Below, piece after piece: positions 8,877 through 17,595 of a DNA stretch of 64,000 nt; position 1 is the first letter of the stretch; every line of letters begins with the position of its first letter. The stretch lies in the IMG/VR virus record IMGVR_UViG_3300021559_000009, positions 1 through 64,000 of that record. The stretch is one strand, 5' to 3'. Below the pieces are notes generated by a model. It had not been told where the DNA came from and did no database searches. It saw nothing but the letters and a program-made list of their open reading frames with translations. The stretch is from an uncultured virus (IMG/VR IMGVR_UViG_3300021559_000009) (taxonomy: Duplodnaviria; Heunggongvirae; Uroviricota; Caudoviricetes). Made by a program: the position numbers and the translations under genes.

Positions 8877-10257
8877 TGAGCTTATCCTCCAACGCTGACG
8901 TTATCCCCCTGAACACGCTCGACCAGCTCTCGCCCTGGAGCTGCCTGAAAATACGATGCTTCGGCGTCCACAGCAGCTTCTCGCCTGCGAGCCCGACTCG
9001 GTAGTCACGGCCGCCCCACGAGTACGGTATCCAGCATTCCTTCCCTACGAGCGCCGCGATGTGCCCGAGGGCTGACTCGCAGCATATCACAAGGTCAAGG
9101 TCACGCAGGAGAGACACTGTGTCCGCCACGTCGCTGATGTAGGGCGTGAGGTCGCGGATGAACCCCGCCGCCCCGACATCGTGCATCTCCTTGCCCTTCT
9201 CATCCTTTTGAAGCGAGTAAAGCTGCACGCCCGGCACGCGCAGCAGCTCGAAGAACTGGGTCACCGGAATGTTGCGAAAGCGATCAATGTCGTTTGCGGG
9301 CGAACCCGACCACGCGATGCCGACATGCAGCTTCCTGTCGGGAACCTTCCAGGTACGCGGCATCCCAAAGACGGGCGCTTCTATATGCTTCTGGCTGACG
9401 ACCTCGCTGTTACCCAGCCCAAGCGCATAGGGCAGGCTCACGAACGTCGTCCAGTAGTCGGCCGCCGGAAACGGCGCTGGCGCCGGGATCAAGTTGACGT
9501 TCGGGAGGTGCGCGAAAGCGTGAGCGAGGAGCCGCAGAAGCGCCGGCTGAATGAAAAGGTGAAGGTAGCGAGCGCGCTTGGCGGCGGCAGGAACGAAGCG
9601 TGCGAATGACAGCGTGTCACCCAACCCTTGGTCCGCCGCCACAAACACGGTCTTGCCCGGCTGGCCTGCCCACTTCTCGTAGGGAAACTTAAGGAACTGC
9701 GGCAAGCGCCATTCAAACCGGCGCTCGAAGTGCCTGAAACCGCGCTCGTAATCGCCGTTAAACAGGCAAGCAAACGCAACCGCAATCTCGCAGTTGGCGT
9801 TCTCGGGCGCGTCCTTAGGGCACAGCTCCCAGCACTTCTCGGCCGCCACCTGCATGTGAACGCTGTCGCAAAGGTGCGACCGGATCAGCGACATGTTGAG
9901 CCAGCCGAGAAAGTGCGTATCGTCGAGCTTGAGCGCGGCATCGGTCGCGGCTAGCGCTTCGTTGGTACGCGCCAGCGAGTGCAATCGCCAGCCAAGGTTG
10001 ACGAGGGCGCGCACTTTCTCGTCCTTGGTCATCTCGCACTGAAGAGCGAGCCGCCAGTTGGTGATAGCGGCCTCGTAGTGGTTAAGGTTCGAGTTGTTGT
10101 TGCCGGCCTGAAAATTTGCTTCGTACCACGTCGGATCGGCGTGGCAGGCGGAAGAAAAAAGCTGGTAAGAAGTCGTGAGATGCCGCGGGTCGGTCGCAGT
10201 GTTGTGGGCCTCGACGGCTTGGTTATAGAACTTGACAGCGGTTGCGCGATCACCCAT
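8851..10257 (-). CDS. TPR-repeat protein with C-terminal GT-B (GT9-like) glycosyltransferase domain
   Basis: N-terminal TPR-like helices, then DQGLGDTLSFARF, VGIAWSGSP, LYSLQK, DVADTVSLLRDLDLVICCESALGHIAALVGK. Confidence 0.85.
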   Translation of the reverse strand: MGDRATAVKFYNQAVEAHNTATDPRHLTTSYQLFSSACHADPTWYEANFQAGNNNSNLNHYEAAITNWRLALQCEMTKDEKVRALVNLGWRLHSLARTNEALAATDAALKLDDTHFLGWLNMSLIRSHLCDSVHMQVAAEKCWELCPKDAPENANCEIAVAFACLFNGDYERGFRHFERRFEWRLPQFLKFPYEKWAGQPGKTVFVAADQGLGDTLSFARFVPAAAKRARYLHLFIQPALLRLLAHAFAHLPNVNLIPAPAPFPAADYWTTFVSLPYALGLGNSEVVSQKHIEAPVFGMPRTWKVPDRKLHVGIAWSGSPANDIDRFRNIPVTQFFELLRVPGVQLYSLQKDEKGKEMHDVGAAGFIRDLTPYISDVADTVSLLRDLDLVICCESALGHIAALVGKECWIPYSWGGRDYRVGLAGEKLLWTPKHRIFRQLQGESWSSVFRGITSALEDKLNGRSRNAA

Positions 10258-10329
10258 CAAACAGGACTCCAAAAAGCTAACCAGCAAACCGCAACGAAAA
10301 CAATTAAGGAGACGACTAGCGAAATCACG

Positions 10330-11049
10330 CTAACCGCCATTTGCAAATCCCACTCTGTCATTTCTAATCATCCTCATCACCTGCGTCGCCTGCACCGGCT
10401 TCTCGCCACGCAGACGCACGCCCATCTCGTTGAGGCGAGTCGCCACACGGTGCGGGCGCGCATGCAGCTCGCGCCAGAGCTTGGCAGTCAGACGAATAAC
10501 CTCTTGCTCATCCTCGCGGGGCTCGAGCACCGCCTGCCTGCCCTCGCCTACAACTTTGAAGCCGTAGGGCGCCTGCCCGCCGATGTGACCGCCGTTGCGC
10601 CGCTTGCCGGCGCGGCCCTCGATCGTGCGCTCGCTGATGCGCTCGCGCTCGAACTCGGCGACGAGGGCGAGCAAGCCAAAGAACAGCTTGGCGACCCCGT
10701 TCCCCGTCACCGGCTCGGCGCCCATGTCGATCAGGATCAGATCGATCCCTCGCTTCTTGAGCTGCTCGGCCGTGAGCATGGCGTCGGAAGCCGAGCGAAA
10801 CAAGCGATCGAGCTTGTTCGCCACAATCACGTCTCCCGCCTTGGCGGCGGCGAGAAGCTCGGCGCCGGCAGGACGCAAGCCAAGCGAAATCGAGCCGCTG
10901 ACACCCGCGTCCTCGTAATGGGCGAAGTCGTGCGCGGAGACGCCACGCAACTGCGCAACCGCCCAGTTCTTGCGCCGCTGCTCGGCAAGCGAGGTCGCGC
11001 CGTCGGCGGCTTGCTCTGCTGTGCTCACGCGCGAATACGAGAGAATCAT
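10330..11049 (-). CDS. serine recombinase (resolvase catalytic domain plus short recombinase domain)
   Basis: YSRVST catalytic Ser, EDAGVSG, KLDRLFRS, AEFERERISERT, GGQAPYGF. Confidence 0.92.
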   Translation of the reverse strand: MILSYSRVSTAEQAADGATSLAEQRRKNWAVAQLRGVSAHDFAHYEDAGVSGSISLGLRPAGAELLAAAKAGDVIVANKLDRLFRSASDAMLTAEQLKKRGIDLILIDMGAEPVTGNGVAKLFFGLLALVAEFERERISERTIEGRAGKRRNGGHIGGQAPYGFKVVGEGRQAVLEPREDEQEVIRLTAKLWRELHARPHRVATRLNEMGVRLRGEKPVQATQVMRMIRNDRVGFANGG

Positions 11050-11050
11050 C

Positions 11051-11314
11051 TCAGCACTCCATCAACGGAGGCAAGTACCTCACCGTAACCACGTAGGGCT
11101 TATCAGGAGGCGGCGAGAACTCAATCGTGTTAACGAATATAGCACACACCCTTGGCCTGCCCGCTTCCAGATTGCGCTCCAACGCCAAGGGGTTTACGAT
11201 CTGCAGCACGTATCTATGCAATTGGTTGTGCTTTTGATTACCCTCGATCCACGCTGCCACCACCTGACTATAAGCTGGCAGCTTGTACTTGGTCTTTCCC
11301 TTGCGAAGCTTCAT
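11051..11314 (-). CDS. hypothetical protein
   Basis: GGAGG SD; lies between an operator and the recombinase. Confidence 0.5.
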   Translation of the reverse strand: MKLRKGKTKYKLPAYSQVVAAWIEGNQKHNQLHRYVLQIVNPLALERNLEAGRPRVCAIFVNTIEFSPPPDKPYVVTVRYLPPLMEC

Positions 11315-11327
11315 GTCGCACCTCCCG

Positions 11328-11346
11328 TGTAGTCACCCTTACTACA
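11328..11346. promoter_or_regulatory. palindromic operator copy 1 (TGTAGT-N7-ACTACA)
   Basis: TGTAGTCACCCTTACTACA, just downstream of a minus-strand TTGACA. Confidence 0.65.
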
Positions 11347-12322
11347 CGGACGCCCTGGTGTCAAGCCTCGCTTGCTTGATCGCACGCTGCACGCCCTCCG
11401 CGAGGAACACCTTCGGCCGATAAAACTGCCGCATCTTGGCGGTGTCGGCAACACGCCAGAACACGCCTTCGGGCTTGGTCTTGTCCACAGTTACCTTCGC
11501 CTTCCGAGCCGCGTAGACCAGAGCTATACGCGCCAAGTCCAAAAACGAAGTGGGGTAACCGCTACCAATATTGAGCACCTCTCCCGGCGCAAGCTTCCAC
11601 GCCGTCTCCATGACGCAGTCCATCACGTCATCGATGTGGACGAAGTCGCGCACCTGGTCACCCGAGCCCCACACTACTAGCGGGCCCTCACCAGCAACGG
11701 CGCGCTTGATGATGCTGGGAAACGGGTAAGCGAGATCCTGGTCCTCGCCATAACCCGAGAACGGACGATAGATAACAATGTCAACGCCACGCTCGACCGC
11801 GCGTTGAGCCAAGTACTCGCCGGCGAGCTTCGCCCAGCCATAAGTTGCATCAGGGACGCCGATGCGATCGCCGTCAAACGCCATCAGCGGCTCGCCGAGC
11901 GAGCAATGGGATTCTCGCCGCTGGAATATCGTTGGATAGACAGCGGACGAAGAGAAGTAGACGATCTTCTGGCCTTTTTGCGGGTCACGCGAAACCCAAC
12001 AAAAGAAGTCGGCATCGATCGCAAAGTTCTGCGCGATGGCGAGAGGAGCGCCCTCAATCTTCGCACGCCCGCCCACCACGGCGGCGCAGTGGATAATGAG
12101 ATCAAAGCCCTTGGACGAACCTGTCGCTGAAAAATAACTGCGTACGGCGTTCTCAGCGAACGTCAAATTGATCTCGTAGTTCGATTTGAACATCCACCTG
12201 TGAGGAGGAAGACCTGCGGACATATCGTCCACTCCCGTGACCTTCCAACCGTCGTCGAGGAGACGCTTCGCGAAGTGGCGACCAACGAATCCTCCACAGC
12301 CTAAAATTAGCGCGCGCTTCAT
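11342..12322 (-). CDS. NAD-dependent nucleotide-sugar epimerase/dehydratase (extended SDR)
   Basis: GCGGFVG Rossmann motif, SSSAVY, YGWAK (YxxxK), WGSGDQVRDFVHIDD. Confidence 0.92.
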   Translation of the reverse strand: MKRALILGCGGFVGRHFAKRLLDDGWKVTGVDDMSAGLPPHRWMFKSNYEINLTFAENAVRSYFSATGSSKGFDLIIHCAAVVGGRAKIEGAPLAIAQNFAIDADFFCWVSRDPQKGQKIVYFSSSAVYPTIFQRRESHCSLGEPLMAFDGDRIGVPDATYGWAKLAGEYLAQRAVERGVDIVIYRPFSGYGEDQDLAYPFPSIIKRAVAGEGPLVVWGSGDQVRDFVHIDDVMDCVMETAWKLAPGEVLNIGSGYPTSFLDLARIALVYAARKAKVTVDKTKPEGVFWRVADTAKMRQFYRPKVFLAEGVQRAIKQARLDTRASV

Positions 12323-13101
12323 TCGATCCCCTTCTTTTTTCTCATCCTGCGTCCCAATTTGTATAGCTTGCGCAACGCTGCAGCGTCGTAGTGAGGCGAG
12401 TCGTCGATCGACGCAACTGCCGCTTTAGACGCGCGGTAACCCCACTCGTGCTCGTACACGTCGCCCCACAGATCGACCGTGCCGCTCACGACGATAGTAC
12501 CATCCTGCTCGTAGTCCCTGATGTAAGAACAAGCGCGATGCCTGTTCTTGAACCCGTGCACCCCCTCGTCGATCTTGTTGGGATCGCCCTCCGCCGGCTT
12601 ACCCGGATGCCACGCGTAATTCGACATCGCAGCGCTATACAGCAGGCCATCGCGAAGCACCCAACAGCGATAGGCGACTACTTCGCCGGCTCTAATTCCG
12701 GCGTCTTCGATGGGCTTCGCCGGCGGCGGGGAGACGGTATTGAAGGCTCCGACGGAACCGATGGTCGCGCTGGTAACACCGGGTCCGGGCCAGAGGGAGG
12801 AAGGCGGCGGAAGGGACGGCATTTGGACGGAGGAGATACCGCCGGCTCCGGCGCCTGCACCGGGTGGCGCGTTGGCACCGCCACGAACTTTCGCAAGGGT
12901 TCTCCGATATAAGCCACGAGCAGCCTCCCATAAATTGACGACGTAGCGAGTGCGCCTCTTAAACGCGCGAATTAGCGGAGAGACGACTCTCTCCTGGAAC
13001 AGTACCCTCTCGACCTTGCGATCGACAGCCTCGCCCTCTCCCCTCGACCGCAACAACTCGTCCAGATAGCGATCAGGGCAATCGAACAAGTTCCAATCCA
13101 T
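12319..13101 (-). CDS. hypothetical phage protein
   Basis: C-terminal GEVVAYRCW...GVHGFK...GTVDLWGDVYEHEWGYRASKA. Confidence 0.55.
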   Translation of the reverse strand: MDWNLFDCPDRYLDELLRSRGEGEAVDRKVERVLFQERVVSPLIRAFKRRTRYVVNLWEAARGLYRRTLAKVRGGANAPPGAGAGAGGISSVQMPSLPPPSSLWPGPGVTSATIGSVGAFNTVSPPPAKPIEDAGIRAGEVVAYRCWVLRDGLLYSAAMSNYAWHPGKPAEGDPNKIDEGVHGFKNRHRACSYIRDYEQDGTIVVSGTVDLWGDVYEHEWGYRASKAAVASIDDSPHYDAAALRKLYKLGRRMRKKKGIE

Positions 13102-13103
13102 GA

Positions 13104-14396
13104 CTACACCGGCGGCAGTTTGTGCCAGTCGAACCACCACTGCGGCGAGAACGGCTGCGGCTCGCGCGATCGAACGCCATAGAAAACCATGCCAGGAGAA
13201 AGAGCCGTCAACCGCACATCGCGATACGACACCTGCGCCGGAATGGGAAGCGAGACGAGATCGCGCGGCGGCAGAGTTGGACTAGCGACGTAGCCGCTGT
13301 GCGTGTCCTCGACGCGCAGAGAGCCGCCCTGTTTTCCTCCACTCGCAAGCAGCTCGACAGGACCGGAGAGAGGGATCGTCACCGTCGGCGAACCATCAAA
13401 CAGCGTCAGCCGCTGACCATTCAGCTCGTGTTCAATATTACCCGCGCGCCACGCAAACGGCCCAAAGCCCTGGCTGAACTCCAAGCGCCAGTCGCCCTCG
13501 TAGCACGCGCCAATGCCCTCCACCTGGTGGGCGAAGTACGTGAAGGTGCCGGAGGCGGGGTCATGCAGCACTGACCCGAGACAGCCGGCATCCTGCTCGC
13601 CCCGCCTGATCGCGGCCGTGCGCGCCGCGTAGGTCGCGAACGCCTCGTCGTTAGCTAGCTGTTCGACCGGCTGGCCGGCAATCTTCAACCCCTGTTCGGC
13701 CAGAGGGGGTTCCTGCCCGATCATCTCGACCGGCGAGGGAACGAGGGCGAGCGAAGCAAGGCCGTGAGAGGCGAGCACGCGGTCGTTTCCCCAGTCTGCG
13801 CACAGCATACTATCGTGGCTGCGAAACGCCCACCAGCGTCCGATATCAAGGTTCGAGAGGCGGGCGAAGAGGCGACGGTTCTCGGAGGTAAGCGACGTTC
13901 GCATGTGCGCGAGGGACAGCGCCGCGGCCTCACGCGTCAGTATCTGGGTTCCCCAGCCGAGATTGTGCATGACGGCGTAACCGTCTCGCTGAAAGAGAAT
14001 GCGATCCTCGTAAGCTCGCGCCGACACGGCTCCCACCGCCAAGCCATCCGCGGCTCCGCGCTCGAAGAGAGCCATGGTTGGTCCAAACCAGTCGGGTTGC
14101 AAGAATACATCGTTCTCAACAAGACCGACATGCGTCCAGTCTCCTCCCTTGAGCATCTGGGTCAGCGCGTAGGCGACCGCCGCATCGGGCCCGCCGCGCA
14201 CATTGCCGTGCACGATGATGCCATGCCGCTCGCCGGCGCGCATCTGGGTCTCGTGCGGGAACCGCCTGCCCTCCTCCGTCGTCGAACCATCGCACCACAT
14301 GATATTGGCGCCAGTGGCGAGGAGCGGCTCGATCGTCTGACGGGAGAGATCGATGCGGTCCTTGGATAAGAAGGCGAGGCAGACTTTACTCATCAT
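13104..14396 (-). CDS. putative GT-A fold glycosyltransferase with C-terminal beta domain
   Basis: N-terminal AFLSKDR...WCDGST...HVGLVENDVFLQPDW (DxD-like); lies within the sugar cluster. Confidence 0.6.
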   Translation of the reverse strand: MMSKVCLAFLSKDRIDLSRQTIEPLLATGANIMWCDGSTTEEGRRFPHETQMRAGERHGIIVHGNVRGGPDAAVAYALTQMLKGGDWTHVGLVENDVFLQPDWFGPTMALFERGAADGLAVGAVSARAYEDRILFQRDGYAVMHNLGWGTQILTREAAALSLAHMRTSLTSENRRLFARLSNLDIGRWWAFRSHDSMLCADWGNDRVLASHGLASLALVPSPVEMIGQEPPLAEQGLKIAGQPVEQLANDEAFATYAARTAAIRRGEQDAGCLGSVLHDPASGTFTYFAHQVEGIGACYEGDWRLEFSQGFGPFAWRAGNIEHELNGQRLTLFDGSPTVTIPLSGPVELLASGGKQGGSLRVEDTHSGYVASPTLPPRDLVSLPIPAQVSYRDVRLTALSPGMVFYGVRSREPQPFSPQWWFDWHKLPPV

Positions 14397-14628
14397 CCGG
14401 CAGCTCGCTACCCAATATGTTTACTACGCACGCCAACAGCTCTTCAGCGCGAACCGAAGCCTGTTCATGCGCAAAATAGTCAAAAGGTTGAAGTCCGTTG
14501 CGCTTATCCTGCGCATAGTCATGCCTACTGATTATATAATCTAGCGCCTTGCGCAAATACTGAACCTGATCATAACGAAGCCTAATGTCAAACCAGCGAA
14601 TTTCAACCGCTTGCAAATCTTCGCTCAT
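14386..14628 (-). CDS. hypothetical protein
   Basis: ATGA overlap; 80 aa. Confidence 0.5.
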   Translation of the reverse strand: MSEDLQAVEIRWFDIRLRYDQVQYLRKALDYIISRHDYAQDKRNGLQPFDYFAHEQASVRAEELLACVVNILGSELPDDE

Positions 14629-15704
14629 GTCATTGCCCTCCCGCAGTCGCGGCACCACGCCTCGCCAAGCTCGGCCACGCCGCTAGGCAAACGCCGCAGC
14701 ATCTTCTCGGTCTTCCACAGCAGCTGCGCCATCTCAAGCGGGGAGAGATTCGCGGCGAACGTCTCCCGAGCGAGCCAGTCGGCAAACTCGATGACATGCT
14801 GCATCCCCCACAACTCGGCCTTCAGATCCTTGACGAGGTCGTGAGAATTGCGCTGCTGCCACACGAACGGCCTGCCATAGTGAACGCAAAGGTTGCGCTC
14901 GCACATGACGCGCTGGGCGACGAGGCCGGCGAAGATGTCATCGTAGCGAAAAAATTGCGGAACCATGAGAAAGCAGGGAGCAAGCTCGCGCAGGAAAGCG
15001 ATGTTCTGGGCATTGAGTGGCGCCCACGTGGTGCGCGGGTCGGAGACGACACCGGCGCGAAGGATTTCCGATACCTGGTGCACCATCGGATGCCGCGAAA
15101 TGCGATCGACGGCGGAGGTGTCAGGGTCACCCAGGACTGCGCCTTGCGCCACGCCGATACGCGCGTCAACGACGGGCTCGAAGGATTGGAGACCGAGAAA
15201 CTGCTGGGGAAAGCCACGCTGGCAAACAGGGTCTACGCCATCGGCGGGGAATTGGAGCTGGCCGGGATCGAACCAGCCGCGACCGCTGACTTTTAACCCA
15301 CTCCACGCACGATTCCACGTGATAGGCGGCGTGCTTGGATCGTCAAAATAAACTTTGTCATCGAACATCTTAAAATAATTTATAAAATATGCAGCACCCA
15401 TCGGGATGTTGTCGTCGTCCACACTGACGATCAGCTCGGCGCCCCACTTGAGCGCCTCCAGGAGCGCGATGTTGCGCCGCGCGATCGTATTCCAGCCGAT
15501 GAGGGGGGAGCACTCCCAGCCCAACTCCTTCTGCCTGCCGGGCGAATACGCTTCGCAGTCGGGGATGGATGCGCAAAAGTCGTAAGCGGCCTTGGGGGTC
15601 TTTTCGTCGCAAGCAACAAAAAAGCGAACGCTTGGGTCGAAGCGCCGGTAGAGCGCGAGAACGTGAGGGACGTTGATCGTCGTAAGAATGAGCGCAGTCT
15701 TCAT
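14625..15704 (-). CDS. STELLO/DUF288 or reversibly glycosylated polypeptide (GT75-like) family protein
   Basis: ILTTINVP...ACDEKTP...ARRNIALLEA...SVDDDNIP...QRGFP...GDPDTSA...NAQN...RYDDIF...QQRNSHDLVKD. Confidence 0.78.
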   Translation of the reverse strand: MKTALILTTINVPHVLALYRRFDPSVRFFVACDEKTPKAAYDFCASIPDCEAYSPGRQKELGWECSPLIGWNTIARRNIALLEALKWGAELIVSVDDDNIPMGAAYFINYFKMFDDKVYFDDPSTPPITWNRAWSGLKVSGRGWFDPGQLQFPADGVDPVCQRGFPQQFLGLQSFEPVVDARIGVAQGAVLGDPDTSAVDRISRHPMVHQVSEILRAGVVSDPRTTWAPLNAQNIAFLRELAPCFLMVPQFFRYDDIFAGLVAQRVMCERNLCVHYGRPFVWQQRNSHDLVKDLKAELWGMQHVIEFADWLARETFAANLSPLEMAQLLWKTEKMLRRLPSGVAELGEAWCRDCGRAMT

Positions 15705-15904
15705 GGCGGACCAGGATCTCGATCGATCGAATCAGGGATGCGCTTTTTCCGCACTTGCGAGCGCTTCTCCCTCACCTCCCACTCGCGCAGAATCTGCGCG
15801 ATCTTGAACGAGACGGCGCAGCCCTGCTCATTGGCCGCGCGCCTCACACTTTGCAAGAGGTCGGGAGGAAGGCGGACGGAGGTGGGTTTTTCCAGGCGAG
15901 ACAG
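15701..15904 (-). CDS. ribbon-helix-helix (CopG/Arc-like) regulator, probable CTG start
   Basis: PTSVRLPPDLLQSVRRAANEQGCAVSFKIAQILREW; AGGAG SD 7 nt before CTG. Confidence 0.65.
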   Translation of the reverse strand: MSRLEKPTSVRLPPDLLQSVRRAANEQGCAVSFKIAQILREWEVREKRSQVRKKRIPDSIDRDPGPP

Positions 15905-15916
15905 CGCGCAACTCCT

Positions 15917-15971
15917 AAAAAAGGCCGGGCGGTTGGCGTCACATACGGGGAGGATGTATGGCCGCCCGGCC
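15917..15971 (-). terminator. nested hairpin plus T6, directly upstream of the RHH SD
   Basis: GGCCGGGCGG/CCGCCCGGCC outer stem, inner CATAC/GTATG stem, TTTTTT on the minus strand. Confidence 0.6.
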
Positions 15972-15994
15972 CGCTCGCTTTTGGGGACGAGCGA

Positions 15995-16013
15995 TGTAGT
16001 CAATAGCACTACA
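15995..16013. promoter_or_regulatory. palindromic operator copy 2
   Basis: TGTAGTCAATAGCACTACA; overlaps the -10 region of a minus-strand TTGACG promoter. Confidence 0.65.
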
Positions 16014-16440
16014 GAGGGGGAGGCGTCAAGGGCTCCTTGGCGAGAGCGCGAATGGCGGTGGCAATCTCGATACGCTCCATTGATGGTGAAACTCCTATCG
16101 ACAGCAGCGATTCTCCGTCTGCCAACTTCGCGCACCGCTCGATCGTCGCGGCTTCGACATCTCGTCGAACAGCGTCGAGACATTCTACGCTCATGGTGGT
16201 GTCCTCCAGCTCCCGCACGTGGGCTTCGGCTCCCTCAGCGCGCACTTGAAACGCGCGGATGAGCGAGCTTTGCGTCACAAAGTCGGACTTGCACCTCTCA
16301 ATCTCCTGTGCCTGTGCGGTGAGGGCAATCACCATGTCAGCGATCAATTCCCACATATCGCCCGGCATGTATGATCGGTTCGCCTCGTGCAAATCAACCT
16401 CATGATTTGCATGCGCGATCAATTCTGCGGTGTCGGTCAT
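16009..16440 (-). CDS. modular coiled-coil hypothetical protein (TDTAELIA/AQAQEIER family)
   Basis: Shares motifs with 16437..16703 and 27580..28068. Confidence 0.6.
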   Translation of the reverse strand: MTDTAELIAHANHEVDLHEANRSYMPGDMWELIADMVIALTAQAQEIERCKSDFVTQSSLIRAFQVRAEGAEAHVRELEDTTMSVECLDAVRRDVEAATIERCAKLADGESLLSIGVSPSMERIEIATAIRALAKEPLTPPPL

Positions 16441-16703
16441 CCGTCTCTCCCGATGAGAGCGTTTTGAAGCTTGCCGATTTTGGCGACGTGCCGGTCTATC
16501 GTTTGCGCGTCATCCTCAATGCGATTGCGGGCCGCCGTCAATGCAGTTTTAAGCCGCTCGATCTCCTGCGCTTGCGCGGCGAGAGCAGCAACGGCTTCCT
16601 CAGCCAATGAGGACCACGGAGCGCGGTGCCCATTTTGATCAGGCATCGCTATGTACTTAAGCCGCGCGATCAGTTCTACGTGGTCAGTGATGCGGTCAAG
16701 CAT
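16437..16703 (-). CDS. modular coiled-coil hypothetical protein
   Basis: TDHVELIAR...AAQAQEIER. Confidence 0.6.
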   Translation of the reverse strand: MLDRITDHVELIARLKYIAMPDQNGHRAPWSSLAEEAVAALAAQAQEIERLKTALTAARNRIEDDAQTIDRHVAKIGKLQNALIGRDG

Positions 16704-16851
16704 GAAAACTTCCCCAATATTTCTCGATCTTGGCGCCCAAAGAAAAAGCCGCCAAGCCGACCTGAATTACGTTCGTAGGAAAAGGTAGTGTCACGCCAAC
16801 TACGATCACGACTATGAGCAGCGGAATCCAGAACTTGTCGCGGTCAAACAT
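16696..16851 (-). CDS. small membrane protein (51 aa)
   Basis: MFDRDKFWIPLLIVIVVGVTLPFPTNVIQVGLAAFSLGAK...; GGAG SD. Confidence 0.5.
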   Translation of the reverse strand: MFDRDKFWIPLLIVVIVVGVTLPFPTNVIQVGLAAFSLGAKIEKYWGSFHA

Positions 16852-16893
16852 AATCATCTCCATTCGTCCGCGCGATCAGTTCTGCGGTGCCGA

Positions 16894-17595
16894 TCATCGT
16901 GTCCCCCCATCGCTTCGCGTCGCTCCGCGATAAAAGCGCGCTTGCGCCGAATTTACGCCTTCCATGACCGCCGCCATGCGCTCCAAGTCGAGGTCTCTGT
17001 CGGGAGCGAACTCGTAGCCGTCGAGCAGCGCGATCGCATCGCGATAAGCAGCAATCTGCGCGTCGATGGCGGCGAGCGGCTGCGCGGTGGAAGCGGCCTG
17101 CATTTTTAAAACTTGGCGCAGCAGCGGGTTGGCGAAGCGCTTGGCCTTGAGTCGCGCTTCCACCTGTTCGAGCTTCAGCCTGGCGCGCTCAATCGGGCGC
17201 TTGGCTGCTTCGAACTTGGCGATCTCCTTGGCGAAGGCTTCGCGCGCAAGAGCGACGAGGTTCATGGTGAGCGGATCGGTGGCGCCGAAGCGCACGTGCT
17301 GCTCCACCACAGAAGCAAAGAAACCAACGCAGATCGATACCGCCTTGGAAAGAGAGTTGTCGGCGGCGCTTTCGTCGATCGTACCATCTTGGTCGAAGCG
17401 CGCGCGTTTCGCGGGATCGGCGAGGACGAGGTGCGCGCGGGAAAGACGAGAAAACGCCTCGGCGCTGCCGCCGGCATCGGGGTGGAGACGCTTGGCGCGA
17501 GAGCGGTAGGCTGCTCGCACACTGGCAGTGGAAGCCGTCTTGTCCACGCCTAAGATTTGGTAGGGGTCGAAGGTCAAGCCATTAACTCCCGCCAT
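16894..17595 (-). CDS. J-domain (DnaJ-like) protein
   Basis: DPYQILGV...AYRSRAKRLHPDAGG...LADPAKRARFD; HPD motif intact. Confidence 0.88.
   Translation of the reverse strand: MAGVNGLTFDPYQILGVDKTASTASVRAAYRSRAKRLHPDAGGSAEAFSRLSRAHLVLADPAKRARFDQDGTIDESAADNSLSKAVSICVGFFASVVEQHVRFGATDPLTMNLVALAREAFAKEIAKFEAAKRPIERARLKLEQVEARLKAKRFANPLLRQVLKMQAASTAQPLAAIDAQIAAYRDAIALLDGYEFAPDRDLDLERMAAVMEGVNSAQARFYRGATRSDGGTR

Noticed and set aside
9979..11088. 369-aa plus-strand ORF
   Set aside because: Antisense shadow of the serine recombinase and TPR genes.
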